IMG/VR virus record: IMGVR_UViG_3300025724_000001
Span: 1-64,000 of that record
Source of the DNA: a virus
Lineage: Duplodnaviria; Caudoviricetes
Length of the DNA: 64,000 nt
Reading direction: 5' to 3' (one strand)
Below, piece by piece: positions 45,557-59,600 of the stretch. Positions within the stretch are counted from its first letter, which is position 1. Each line of letters begins with the position of its first letter. A program made the translations under genes and the position numbers. A model generated the notes under the pieces. That model saw only the letters and a list, made by a program, of their open reading frames with translations. It had not been told where the DNA came from and searched no databases.

Positions 45557-48500
45557 ATGCAAAAACATAGAATACATACAGATATTGGCCGAGATCATAA
45601 AATAACTGTACAGATTTCTAGCACGTATGATTTAATGGAGATATTATCTCTTAAATTTTCTCAAAAAGACATATATGCCTCTGGAAAATGTTCAGATTAT
45701 GGTGTTGTTGTGGGTCGAGTCACAGCTAATAGTGGTTTTGGAATACCAAATGCTAAAGTTTCAATTTTTGTGCCTTTATCTGAAATGGATGAAAATGATC
45801 CAGTAATTTCTGCTCTTTATCCATATAAAGATATTAATGATAAAGATGTTAATGGGTATCGATATAATTTATTACCACAAAGAAAACAACATGGGGGACA
45901 TGCACCAACAGGTACCTTTATGGATCAACAAGATATTTTAACACGAGAAGAATGTCTTGAAGTTTTTGAAAAATATTACAATTATACGGTAAAAACAAAT
46001 GATTCTGGTGATTTTATGATATGGGGTGTTCCGATCGGGACACAGGTTTTACATATTGACATTGATTTGTCCGATATGGGTTGTTTTTCCTTGAGACCAT
46101 ATGACTTTATAAAAAAAGGATATGCTACTGATGATTTTGACAGAGTATATGCATTTAAATCAAGTTCTGATATAGATAGTTTACCACAAATTATAACATT
46201 TGATAAAACAATAGATGTTTATCCATTTTGGGGGAATGAGGAATTGTGTGAGATTGGTATTACTAGGACGGATTTTGATTTATCTGAAAGAAATATAAAA
46301 ATAGATCCAGTTGCTTTAATACTCGTTTCAACTATAACGGACGATACTAATGACGCTGTTAAGAGAAATGGGAGAATTAAAAAGAAATCCGGATATAAGT
46401 GTAATTTACAAACAATACCGGGTACTGTTGAGTGTGTTCGTTTTACTGGTAAGTCTGTAATAGGATCAGATGGAATAACAGAGTATCCGGAACTCGAATA
46501 TTTAAACATAACGGACACAATTAATGATGATGGCGTGGTAATGATAGCATTACCAATGAATTTAGATTATATATACACGAATGAATTCGGTGAACAAGAA
46601 ATAACAAACGATTCAAGTAAAGGAATACCAACATCGTCTATTGCAAGATTTAGATTTGACTTGGATTTTAATACATATAAACATGCAACGGCAAAATATC
46701 TTGTTCCAAATATTCGAGAATTTAATCCAAATAATAATGGAACGTCTAATGGTGTTTTAAGTGACAGTGCATTAAGATATGGTGTTCAGTATAGTGAAGG
46801 GATGCTGGCAACATACACCTTTTCGGATGTGTTTGAAGATTATATAAATGTCGTTCCACCAATATCAGGAATGACATTAAGTGATTTAAACTATGATACG
46901 GATGTAAAGGAACACAAAAAAGATTTAATGCTGGGCACGAACAACACACTTAGTCCCGGATCTCCTGAAGATTATTTTTATAAGTTCATTTCAAATAAAG
47001 TATATACTGTTTCGTCATTTCAAGGTACTCATTATGAAACGGCAAAAATACGAGACGCATTTTTAGGGATTAAAGAAATACAACCGAATGTTGAAGATGA
47101 TTGTGCATCAAACACGAATTATTTTCCAACGAATTTTGCGTTTAAGAATCGAACGAAATTTACATTATTATTATCACAAGTTTTATTATTCATACAATTT
47201 ATTTTTTCTGTAATAACAGTAAAATTTGCCGAAATTATTGGAAGAATAGCTTATAGTATTGGAAGAACATTTTTAAGTATCAATATTATGGGTGCTAAAG
47301 TTTTTCCAAAAGTTGGTCAACAACTTATTGATTTTTCTTATAGAACACAAGATAAATATACACAACAATTACCATTAACAATTTATCCTGATTGTGAGGA
47401 ATGTACGGCTGATGATGAAACATTAATTCAAGAATGGACATCATTTAGCGATAGATATTGTCGAATAGCGGAGGTTAAGTTTAAAGTTAACGTAACTCCT
47501 ATTATGGTAGAATTATCAGCAACGGTAGATCAATTACAAACAAGTGGTTCTACGGAACCTGGTGCCAATTTTTATTCGGTATCACCTAATGTGTTTTCTA
47601 GTTTATTGAGTGTGAATGTATATGATTCGTTTTATGGTGATTCTGCTCGGCAAAATACGGATTTGTGCTCGGGAACAACAGAAATGCATTACACACAATT
47701 AAGTGATTTACATAATATAACACTACCATCATCAAATGAACCGAGGTATGGCGCTGAAGTATATTCGTGGTCGTCAAATGTTACTGGAACAACAATAACT
47801 GGAATGACAAGTTTTAGTTCGTTTAGTGGATATTTTAAACCGATAAATAGTAATGAGCCCGAAAATATTGTGATACTTTCACTACCCATGGCTGCTATGT
47901 ATGTTTATTTTAGTAAAGAAGTATGGAATGAGTTAACTGGGATGGATTTTATCCATAATCCAGAACTTGAAGATGAAATATATGATTTATATGCTGTTAT
48001 TAGAATATATGATAGGGCTTTAGTTTCTGAGGAATTTCCGATTACTGGCGAAACAATAAATGTTGAAGTTGGATGTCAAAAATATGATAAATTATATAAT
48101 GAAAATATAATGTTTCAATATTTGTGGACAAATGATCCGGCTTTAGGTTATAATCCTTCATTACCAATTTTACCACCTAATTATTCAGATGATACCGGAT
48201 TTAATGAAAATCGTAATATGCCGTCAACACATCCGTATTTAGTTTCAACGATAATAGGTACAAATAGTACTAGACGATTACCATTTATGCATGATTTTAC
48301 GAGGTATTCAAAAAGACGAAATATTGGTATTCAATACTATGATAGAAAAACCAAATCTGGCTTAAGTGAATTTAGAGACGGATTATTTACAATAATACCC
48401 GTCATTCAGGGTAAGAGTTACAATTTAAAGGCTATTCAAGAATGGTATAGAAGAAAAAGAGTCGGTTTAACGTTTTGTGGTGGTGTTATTAATTATTCAT

Positions 48501-50665
48501 TTATTGATAATTGGATTCATGGTTTACTTTATTTCTTTAAATTCCATAAAAGAATTAGGTGGGATGATGAAAATAATTATGATTTAAATCAACGAGGATC
48601 AAAATATCCAAAAGAGCTTGTTTTTTATAATATTAGAGAAAAAGAGTTTTATTATAGATGTTGTCCTTATGTTTATGTAAACGAACAAGGAATTTTTACA
48701 GGACAAACATATATTCATGATGGACATAATGTACAGGAAATATTACACCCAACAACATTTTTTGATCTTGGTGTTCGAGATGAATTTTTATCTGAAATAT
48801 GTACTGAAGCAATATTTGATCCGACATGTTCTGTGGTAAGAGATATAACATCAACATCATATCAAGATCCGGGGGGTATTGTTGAACATGCAATTAATTA
48901 CCGATTAGATACTACTGGTGCGAAATTTAAAGTTGATGATTTTTTTAGTAACACTCATTATGGTTCAAATATAAAAGTTTTTGATGGTGATGTTACACAA
49001 TTATTATCAATTAATTGTGAAACGGGAATAGAAGCTTTTGATACAGATAGTCCACATTATTCAATGTACAATGGTGAGTATATGGATCCAGAATCACCAG
49101 AATTTGATAATTATTTTTGTTTTGGTTCATTGTTCGGGCCCACACCGATAGATTTTAAATTTGATTTTAATGGAAAACGTATAAGATTATGTTTGAATTA
49201 TAGGCTGGGTGATTTTACTCAAATTGTACCGTTTTATTTGTGGAATAAAAAAGGTGAGGGGTTTGGTCAATATGGGAATGATTCTGATAAACAAACATGG
49301 GATAGGACACAAATAGCCTCAATGCCATTACAACGAATATTTTCTATAAGTGATGTATCTGGTACTACAACAAATTATCTTATGGCGGACGGAGAAGAAG
49401 AATATCTTCTTAAACCGATGACTATAACCCATAACACATTTAGTATGACAGGTGCCACAGAAGATATGTTAGAAAGATTTGAGGTAATTAGTTTAGAACC
49501 ACCAAGCGATTTGAATAATACTATTGGATTTATTGAGGGTGATTTGTGGTTACAAGTTTTAACTTATAGCGGAAGTGATTATCGAAAAGATCCGATAACT
49601 GGTATAATATATGTCGTTGTTAATAAAATGTGGGTACCACAATTCAATAACATTTATGAAGATAATTACAGAGAGAATTTTATACCTCAAACAGCATTGA
49701 ATTATAGTGGTGAAAAACAAGTTCTTTCAACACCATTTTTATTTTATTTTGGTTTAAGGCCGGGCAAAACAGCACTCGATCTTCTAATAAAATCATTTGG
49801 TGATAGTGATGCGTTTATTTCGGATGAATTTGATGAATGCATTATTTCTGATATAATAACACCTACACCACCACCAACACCATCAATTTCGACACCTATA
49901 CCATCAATTTCGATTCCAATACCTTCAGCTTCACTTCCTACACCATCATCACTGCCACCTGATTATGTTACAGTTAATATATTAAATAATGCGTCATCAT
50001 CACTATCAATATCTGAATTATGGATTGGTGGAGAACAACAGCATCCGGATCCACCATCACCAGATTTCCCATATTATCCTGGTGATAGTGGTGTGTTAAT
50101 GTATTATGGTGGTGGGAGATACACAATTGTGGTGGTTATAAATGGGGTATATACAATACCATCATATTTGTCATTAGTCGATAGTAGTGGTGATGTCATT
50201 AATACGACTATAACTAATGAAGCATCTTTCCCATATAGTATTGTTCATTATGGTAGATTAGTAGTTAGTTCTGCACCTGTCACAATATCACTTAATGATG
50301 GTTATCAACCAGTACCATCACCAACACGAACACCATCAATAACAGTATCACGCTCATCTGGCGCGCCACCACCCTCGCCGACACCAACAGTAACACCGAC
50401 TCCGACACCTATTAGTGGGTATATATATGAGGTTATATCTTATGGTTGTTATGATGGTACTAATTGTGATCCACCATCAATGGAAACAGAATATATTATA
50501 AATGAAAATCCTTTAGATGAAGGAATGTATTATAAAGACGGTATTGAACAAAAAGTTTATTATATAATAAAAGAAGAAAGTGGTTTTTTAAATCCTAAAG
50601 TTACACATATTTCTGGATTTGGATATTCATCGTGTAATGGGGCTTGTCAAGAATTACCTGATTAA
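45557..50665 (+). CDS. Large baseplate/fibre-associated protein with C-terminal linker-delimited modules (1702 aa)
   Basis: N-terminal prealbumin/carboxypeptidase-regulatory-like strands (GVVVGRV...GIPNAKVSI; KTNDSGDFMIWGVP.G). A hydrophobic segment and two P/T/S linkers near the C-terminus. Confidence 0.55.
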   Translation: MQKHRIHTDIGRDHKITVQISSTYDLMEILSLKFSQKDIYASGKCSDYGVVVGRVTANSGFGIPNAKVSIFVPLSEMDENDPVISALYPYKDINDKDVNGYRYNLLPQRKQHGGHAPTGTFMDQQDILTREECLEVFEKYYNYTVKTNDSGDFMIWGVPIGTQVLHIDIDLSDMGCFSLRPYDFIKKGYATDDFDRVYAFKSSSDIDSLPQIITFDKTIDVYPFWGNEELCEIGITRTDFDLSERNIKIDPVALILVSTITDDTNDAVKRNGRIKKKSGYKCNLQTIPGTVECVRFTGKSVIGSDGITEYPELEYLNITDTINDDGVVMIALPMNLDYIYTNEFGEQEITNDSSKGIPTSSIARFRFDLDFNTYKHATAKYLVPNIREFNPNNNGTSNGVLSDSALRYGVQYSEGMLATYTFSDVFEDYINVVPPISGMTLSDLNYDTDVKEHKKDLMLGTNNTLSPGSPEDYFYKFISNKVYTVSSFQGTHYETAKIRDAFLGIKEIQPNVEDDCASNTNYFPTNFAFKNRTKFTLLLSQVLLFIQFIFSVITVKFAEIIGRIAYSIGRTFLSINIMGAKVFPKVGQQLIDFSYRTQDKYTQQLPLTIYPDCEECTADDETLIQEWTSFSDRYCRIAEVKFKVNVTPIMVELSATVDQLQTSGSTEPGANFYSVSPNVFSSLLSVNVYDSFYGDSARQNTDLCSGTTEMHYTQLSDLHNITLPSSNEPRYGAEVYSWSSNVTGTTITGMTSFSSFSGYFKPINSNEPENIVILSLPMAAMYVYFSKEVWNELTGMDFIHNPELEDEIYDLYAVIRIYDRALVSEEFPITGETINVEVGCQKYDKLYNENIMFQYLWTNDPALGYNPSLPILPPNYSDDTGFNENRNMPSTHPYLVSTIIGTNSTRRLPFMHDFTRYSKRRNIGIQYYDRKTKSGLSEFRDGLFTIIPVIQGKSYNLKAIQEWYRRKRVGLTFCGGVINYSFIDNWIHGLLYFFKFHKRIRWDDENNYDLNQRGSKYPKELVFYNIREKEFYYRCCPYVYVNEQGIFTGQTYIHDGHNVQEILHPTTFFDLGVRDEFLSEICTEAIFDPTCSVVRDITSTSYQDPGGIVEHAINYRLDTTGAKFKVDDFFSNTHYGSNIKVFDGDVTQLLSINCETGIEAFDTDSPHYSMYNGEYMDPESPEFDNYFCFGSLFGPTPIDFKFDFNGKRIRLCLNYRLGDFTQIVPFYLWNKKGEGFGQYGNDSDKQTWDRTQIASMPLQRIFSISDVSGTTTNYLMADGEEEYLLKPMTITHNTFSMTGATEDMLERFEVISLEPPSDLNNTIGFIEGDLWLQVLTYSGSDYRKDPITGIIYVVVNKMWVPQFNNIYEDNYRENFIPQTALNYSGEKQVLSTPFLFYFGLRPGKTALDLLIKSFGDSDAFISDEFDECIISDIITPTPPPTPSISTPIPSISIPIPSASLPTPSSLPPDYVTVNILNNASSSLSISELWIGGEQQHPDPPSPDFPYYPGDSGVLMYYGGGRYTIVVVINGVYTIPSYLSLVDSSGDVINTTITNEASFPYSIVHYGRLVVSSAPVTISLNDGYQPVPSPTRTPSITVSRSSGAPPPSPTPTVTPTPTPISGYIYEVISYGCYDGTNCDPPSMETEYIINENPLDEGMYYKDGIEQKVYYIIKEESGFLNPKVTHISGFGYSSCNGACQELPD

Positions 50666-50674
50666 ATTATGTAA

Positions 50675-53600
50675 ATGAAGAAAAAGAAGATCATATTACC
50701 AAAGCTAAGGTATGAAAACGCACCTGAAACAGATAGTCAAATTTCGATTGGATTCGAGTCTGATAAATCTCTTTTGAGAGGGGATGATAGGGATGTTGTT
50801 TTAAACTTATCTGAACAATTTACAGAAGAACGTGCAAATTGTAAACGATATAAGTTATATGGTAAGATGAGAATGGTTTTTAGAAACCTATATGCTGGTG
50901 CAACATCATATGATTATTTACGTGAAAGATTATCCTTAGTTAGTGATGGGTCGGATAATAATTTCTGTGGTTATCTACCATATAACGAATTTGCGTTTTT
51001 AAGAGATGATATATATTATGAAACCACCGAATCATTGTCGGTTACTTCATTGAGTGGATTTACAGGATTTACCATGGTTACAAGTGGTCCAACTGAACAT
51101 CAAACAATCACATCAGTTACAGCACCATATCACAACTGGAATCTTTATACGAGTTATATTTCGGGTCAAGTTGATAATTTTCCAATGAAATATACATTGT
51201 CTGGCCGAACAAAAATTGAGGGTGAAAATGTTATAACATTTACTAGTGGTGATGGTATACCATTTAGGGTTGAAGAGACTGAAATACATTATGTTTTAAC
51301 AAGTCCGGTACGACATGGAATTAGTCGGGGTGAATACATCTTGATTGATGGAAGGTATTATTATGTGAATTCAGTTGGTGACAACATATTTGATTCTGAA
51401 CATTATGTTATTAATATATTAAAATCACAGTTAAGTGGTGTTACTTTTAATCCGTTAGTTATTGGAAAACGTTGTATAGACATTAAAGATACTGAAAATT
51501 CCACGTCAAAATATTATGTACATAAACATACAATATTAACATCATTGGGTGATTGTATTATTGATAAAGTAGGATTTGAATCACCAATTTGGGAAGACGA
51601 GAAAAAAGTTTTATATGAAAATAGTGTGGGGGATAATGATGTTCTTGTTGTTCGAAATAGGATGGAAGCCGTGTTATTTGATTCATTGGAACCGTTTATT
51701 TTAACTGGAATAACAAATAATTTAGGCCACACACCGATAGAACTTTATACTACAATTATTTTTAGAAATGGAAACGGATATTTCGAATATCCACCAAAAG
51801 TTGGTTATTCGTTTCATATGCATGATTCATGGATAGATGAACATTTTGATGGTTCAAATTCAATTGAAACTGGGTTAACGTCAACGTCATTTACAAGAGA
51901 AGGTTTTGTATATCCATTTTTTTCTGGAAATTCATTATCTAAAGGTTCAGAATTATATGGGGCGTTTGTTGAATATAATCCGAAGGAATTAAAAGAAAGA
52001 ATAATATCAGAATCTTACCATAAAATTGTTAGTAATAAAAATATTTTTAATCATGGCCAAGATCTTGATGAGGTATTTTCTGGTGCAAGTGAAACGAATC
52101 AAATTGGACTTCTATATCAACCACATCATAGATTTAAGTTAAAGGAATTATCACCTTATATTGAAATAGCCGATGATAGTACACCAATATATAATCTTCC
52201 AGAAAACGCAAAGTATTTTCCTAATGAAAAACTTTGGAGGTGGCGAGATGTATATGAAGACGGATATATTGATCCAGATGGTTATGGTGTAGATCATCCA
52301 TATTTAAATAATATTCATTTTGTACATAAAGATATTAATTTTTATATAAGAAACGAAAAAATTTATAAAAATAAAAAAGATGGGGTTATTAATTTTTATA
52401 GGAGAAAGGATGTTGATGAATGTGTTGACGATTCGGTAATTATTAAACGTGGAGACGCCGAAATACCCGAACCATCTATATCGGTTTCCCCATCAGTGTC
52501 GTTAAGTGTAATGCCATCTATTACACCTACGCCAACATTATCTGTTAGCATATCTATAACACCATCAATATCGATGTCATCATCTCAAGGTACGTCGTCG
52601 ACACCGTCACCATCATTGTCATTAACAAGAACTCCGTCGGTTACTAGAACACCAACAATAACACGAACACCAACAATATCATTATCTGCAATTCCGAGTC
52701 AAACACCGAGTGTAACACCCACACAAATTTATCTTCAAATTTATTATATTGATCCGTCTGGTGTGGATGATGCTAGTCGTAGTGGTGGTGTGGGTGAAGA
52801 ATGGGCAACATTATCATATGCTACTAGTAGAGTAACAACACCCGGAAGTCTTATATATGTAAATGCAGGAACTTATTATGAAACATCACAAAGTAATTTA
52901 TCTGCGGGTGTTTCTATTGATGGCGCTGGTAGAACATCTTGTATATTAAGTGCAACAACATCTTTATCGTATTTTGTGTATGCCGCAAGTTCTGCTGGAA
53001 CAAATGGTAATCAATCAATTTCTAATGTAACGTTTGATTGTAATTTATTGGTTGATCGTGGAGTAAGATTTGCCGGTCGAAGTAATGTAACAGTACACGA
53101 TTGTGGTATTGATAATGCAATTTATTATGGATTAATTTTTTCGGATACAACAAGTAGAAGTGTTCATGTAGAACCAACATACTGGGCGACGAACAATAAT
53201 ATATATAATAATTATCTTGTTAATTGTGGTGGTGATAGATGGAATACGAATGATTCGTATTGGGAGGCATATGGTGCTATAGATATATCTGGTCAAGATG
53301 GAATGTTGATATATAATAATAATATCGATAATCAAACTGGTGGTAGATATGCTTATGGTATTAAGGGGTTGAGTTTTGGTGGTTATCATAAAGGATTAAA
53401 GATTTATAATAACAAAATAAGAACAAATATTAGAGATAATGTTGGTGAACAATCATTTGGTTTCAATTTAGAATTATGGACAGGTGTTGGTGGTATTGAA
53501 ATATATGATAATGATTTGAATGGTGCAATTGATATGGGTGGTTATGGTTATTGGGACGACTATTCATATGGATTTGCAATGAAAGTTCATCATAATACTA

Positions 53601-56600
53601 TTATTCAAGATAATTGGCCGACAAATCAACCAGAAACCGGAATAATACTTGAATGTGGCGCAAGAGATGGATGTTATTTTTACAGTAACTGGGTTGAAAA
53701 ATTCTCTACTGGATTTAGTTTGGGCACTACTGCAGCATCTTTAATTCAAGGTTTTAATGGTGTTTGGGTTTATTATAATGTATTTTGTAATTTGGGTTAT
53801 ACATCAGGTGGTGCTGGCGCGGGATTTTATGGTTATAATTTATCTACTGGTGTGACAATTCAGAATTTCAACATATTAAACAACGTCATACATAAAGTAA
53901 ATAACAGCGGGGGTTTGGGTATTGCATATGAATATTCCACACCAAATACATGGGTAAATACAAACATTAAAAATAACATAATATATAATGCATATAGCCC
54001 AATTCAGTTTAGAAATCAAATAGTAAATAGTGTATATATACATAATAATTTAACATATGGTGCAACAAGAACCATTGATAATTCCACATCATGGGGAAAT
54101 AGTACAATAATCACCAGAGAAATATTAAATAATCAAGAAGGTGTAGATCCGTTATTTACTTTGGTTGGAACTGATTTTACACTTACAAGTAATAGTCCTT
54201 GCATAAATACTGGTGTAGATGTAGGATTAATTGAAGATTTTACTGGACAACCGGTTAGTAGTCCACCAGAGATTGGGGCTTATGAATATGTGGTTGTTGT
54301 TTCACAAACACCAACAATCACACCAAGTATTTCTATTAGTAAAACACCGACTAGGACACCAAGTTTATCTGTGTCAAGAACACCTACTATATCATTGTCC
54401 AATACTCCGAGTATAACAATTAGTAGAACGCCAACTATAACGCCAACTATAACACCAACTACAACACCAAGCATAACAATAAGTGTTACTCCAAGTAGTA
54501 CTATTTTGACTGCACGATATGTTTCAAGTAGTGGAGATGATTCAAATGATGGATTAACCGAATCAACACCTTGGAGAACAATAACTAAGGTTAATAACGA
54601 GTTTTCTTCTTTATCGCCAGGAACTGGTATTTTATTTAAACGAGGTGATGTATTTTATGGTACATTAACTATTGGTAGATCAGGCACATTGGGTAATCCA
54701 ATAACGATAGGCTCATATGGTACTGGTTTTAAACCAATTATAGAAGGGTTTACAACGCTTAATTCATGGACGAGGGTTGGTACATCGTCAATATTTTATG
54801 CGTCAGCATCATTTAATATTAATCCAAATGTAGGACCACTAGTAACTATAGATGGTATGATAATAGAAAAGGGAAAATATCCAAATATGGGGTATAATAC
54901 AATTTCAACAGTAGTAACAAGTCCTGCACCACCGATTGGCAGTCCAGTGACGATTACTGATTCTTCTTTATCATCAACACCTAATTGGACGGGAGCTGAA
55001 ATTGTTATAAGATATGATAGATGGACATTAATTAGATCTATTATTACCGATCATTCTGGAACATCATTAACGTTTAACACACCGTATGCTAATTTACCAT
55101 ATACTGGATGGGGATATTTTATACAAAATCATATTGACACATTAAATGAATTGGGTGATTGGTATTATGATTCTGTGAATCAAAGGATATATATGCATTT
55201 TGGTTCAGGAACACCTGGGGAACATATTATACGGGCAACAACATTAGATCATACTGTTTATAATAATGGTTATTTAAGAAGGTTTATTATAATTGATGGT
55301 ATTCATTTTAGAGGTACAGCTGGAGATAATATTCATATATGGAATAATGTATCAAATATAGATATTAAAAAATGTCGAATAGAATATTCTGGTGGTAATG
55401 CTATCTATCAACATGGTGGTAGTGGTAGTATGATTGATAATAATGACATTTTATTTTCTAGTCATAATGCTGTTCATATATTATTCCCAAATACTACAAC
55501 AATAATCAATAATAGAATTTATTATACAGGACATTATCTTGGATATACTACCACTGGAGATACAGCTTGTTTTGTTGGAATTAAATGTGGATCATCATCT
55601 AATGGTAATAATCTCATTGAGAATAATAAAATATATAATACGGGTTATTTACCAATTAATTTTGGTGGTGCGGGTAGTATTGTTAGGAGAAATTATATAC
55701 ACACATATTGTTATAATAAAGATGATGGGGCGGGAATTTACATATTTAATGACAGATCAGGTGGGAAGTTAGTTGAAGAGAATATAGTATTAAATGCTGT
55801 TGGTGCTGGTGCAGGTACAAATAATCCTAATTCATCATCAGCGAATGGATTATATACTGATGGTGGAACTGCAAATGTTACATTTATAAGAAATATTGTT
55901 GGAAATGTAACCAGACAAGGTTATCATGGAAATCTTCCCGTAAATGTTACTTTAACAGGAAATACGTTCTTCCAATGTAGAGAATTAATGGGTTTATGGA
56001 AATTTGGTAATGCAGGATTTTGGGATGGAACTGGCACATTTATTACAGGATTAAATATTCAACATAATAAGTTTATTTCTACAGATCTTAATAGAAATTT
56101 AGCAAAGGGTATATTTTATGAAAATTCTACAACTGAGTTAAATGGTGCTGACATCTACGATGAAATAGAACGTTTGGGCGTTTGGAATAATAACTACTAT
56201 TATACTAATGAAGAGTGTTTTGTATATATAGCACATAATTTATATCAAACAAACGCACCATATAATCTAGAAAGATGGAAAAGTGATTTTGGACAAGATC
56301 TAAATTCAAGTGTGGTTGTTAGTGAAAATCAATATACATTAAATTCTATAGGTCCTAATTTGATTACAAATGGAACATTTACTTCTGGTATAACGGGTTG
56401 GACGGCTTCTTCATCAGATTTAACTCTTGACTGGTATTCACCAGGAATTGGCGATGGGGGTGCTTTAAGTTTAACAAGTACACAAAATAATTTTTATTAT
56501 TGGTGGTGGAATAATATTAATGCTGCTGTAGCACATATTATTGGGGGTGTCGTGAATAATTCAAAACATTATTTATTACGTTTTCTTGGTAGAAGTACAA

Positions 56601-59600
56601 TTAATAACAAAACATTATCATTTAGATTAAGAAATACTGGCACTGGTTTTGAAAAACAAAGATTTTTTACGGTTTATAATACTAATACACAAAAGGATGT
56701 TTTACTTAGTAATCCCGATGAAGTTACTACCGGGGCAACCTTGAGAATTGTTGCTTGTGATGATCCTGTGACAACATACTTGGATAATATTGGGTTATAT
56801 GAGGCGAATATTACTATAATTGATCCGTATGATTATTTACATTTTATTTATAATGAAACTGAGACTGTTAAATATTATCAATTATCAGCATCAATGGAAG
56901 ATGTTGATGGTACGATATATTCGGGAACCATTAGTTTACTTCCATGGACTGGTTTAGTTCTTATTGGTTTTGGAACTGTAACTGATGCACCGCCGCCTGA
57001 AACACCAACACCAAGTGTTAGTATTTCTTTAAGTAGAACTCCTACAATTAGCGTAACACCATCGATTTCAAGAACACCGTCGGTTTCGTTTAGTCTAACA
57101 CCAACAATTAGTGTAACGCCATCGATTTCGATAACACCAAGTAATACCCCACCATATCCATCTTCAGGTGTGTTGGGATATTGGAGAATGGATGAAAATA
57201 GTGGTAATTTAGAAGATGTTTTGGGTAGATGTCCAGCAATTCCATATTCAGATTATCCAATAATATACAATGTTGATGGTAAGATTAATACCGCAATTAA
57301 TTTTAGTGGTACTACTTGTGGTGCTCGCATTAGTGAAACGAATGCTCAAACATATTTGAATCCGAATGGTGATGAATATAGTATTCAAGCATGGGTAAAA
57401 TTAAATGAATTACCAAGTGTTTCCGGTAGAACTTGTACAATACTTAGAAGCTCACTCGCTACTGCACCTTGGGAAAATATTGTGGTTAGGGCTGATAGTT
57501 ATGATAGGTTCAGTATGAGGTTTACAGGACCAAGTGATAATAATTACGCATACACAACAGATAATTTAATTCAAGCTAATACATGGTATCATCTTGTATT
57601 TGTTATTTCTGGTATTGGAAAAAGACCAGTAATATATGTTAATAATACACCATATAGTGGTACAACAACACAGGGTGGTAATATTTGGAATGTTACCGGT
57701 ACTACTGCCGGTTATAACATTGGTGGTGCTTATAATGGTGTTCCATTGTCGTTTAATGGTGTTATTGATGAATTGTGTGTGTGGGGACGAGCAGTAACAC
57801 CCGAAGAGGTTTCTGCGTTGTATAATAATGGTAATGGCTTACCTTTTGATGGACAAATTTTACCATCAGTCACACCGACAATATCTATTAGTAGAACTCC
57901 TAGTATAACGCCTAGTATTTCATTCAGTAGAACACCAACTAGAACGCCTAGTTTATCAATTAGTAGAACACCGTCCAGAACGCCTAGTATAACACCTAGT
58001 AGTTCAGTTTTAACTGCTCGATACGTCTCAAGTAGTGGAAGTGACACAAATAATGGATTAACAGAATCCACACCATGGAGAACGTTAGATAAAGTTAATG
58101 CTGAGTTTTCGAATTTAAATCCTGGTACAGAAATATTATTAAAAAAGGGTGATTCGTTTTATGGTACACTTGTAATAACTAAAAGTGGTACAAGTGGATC
58201 TAATAGTCCGTTTGTGTTTGGTACTTACGGTGATGGTAATGATCCCATTATACATGGTTTTACTACAATAACTGATGGATGGACACATGTTGGTAATAAT
58301 GTTTATTCACATGATATAATTGCTGATGAGCAAACTAATATGGTTCTTGTTAATGGTGTTCAAGTACCAATGGGTAGATGGCCAAACGGAACAACATATA
58401 GAACTTATGAGTCGTTTAATGGTGCTAGTTCAATAACAGATAATACGTTATCAGAAGAAACGCCATACAATTGGGTTGGTGCTGAGGTCGTGATTAGAAT
58501 GACTTACTGGATATTGGGTAGGTTTACTATAACTGGTCATACTGGTAATACAATATCATATAGTGGTAATACAATTGATTATTTATATAACAATTTCGGA
58601 TATTTTATACAGAATGATATAAGAACACTTGATGTTGAAAATGAATGGTATCATGATCATGCTGCCGGTAAGTTTTATATATATGGTAATCCCGCAGGTA
58701 AAACAATTCAAATTGCAACAAAAACAAATATAATTCAAAATCATGGTGGTTATGATTATATAACACTTGAGAATCTTTCATTACAAGGATCAATTGGTGA
58801 TATTATTTCATTTGATGGTGGTAATTGGTATAACGCGGCCAATACAATAATACGAAACTGTATTTTAAAATTTGGCGGATCTCGTGGTATTGATATATAC
58901 GGTAGTAATGGTTTTATTGTAGATAATATTATTGAACAATGTAATGATAATGCCATACATATTGTATCTGGTAGTAATACGATTGTTACTGGAAACACAA
59001 TAACAAATATTGGATTACTGCTTGGTCAATCAAAGAGATTGTCTGCAAATGGAATATATAACGGTGGAACAAATTCATTAATTGATCATAATATTATAAA
59101 TAATATCGGATTAAATGGTATAACTGCTGGTAGTGGAACAAGTGGCATTGTTAAACATAATTTTATTAATAACTATTGTTTAACACTTACAGATGGTGGT
59201 GGAATTTATCACGGGCCTAGTAATCGCTCAATGCCATCTGATTATACAATAGAAAACAATATATGTCTTAATGGTTACGGGAATTATAATGGAACAACAA
59301 GTTCAAGTACCTATCTAGCTGAGGGTATATATCTTGATAGTTATTGTACTGGTCATACAGTACAATATAATATATGTGCACATAACGCAGGTAATGGTAT
59401 TAAACTTAGTTCCAGTCATGATAATATTTTACAATATAATTTGTGTTTTGATAATAAAGAAGCACAGTTATTCTCAAGTGGTTTTTGGTCAGAATATGCG
59501 ACATTATATAATAACACAATAAGATATAATCAGTTTATTGGAAAAGAAATAAATCATTATACATTAAAAGTTTATTTAACAATCGCAGATAATATTTCAA

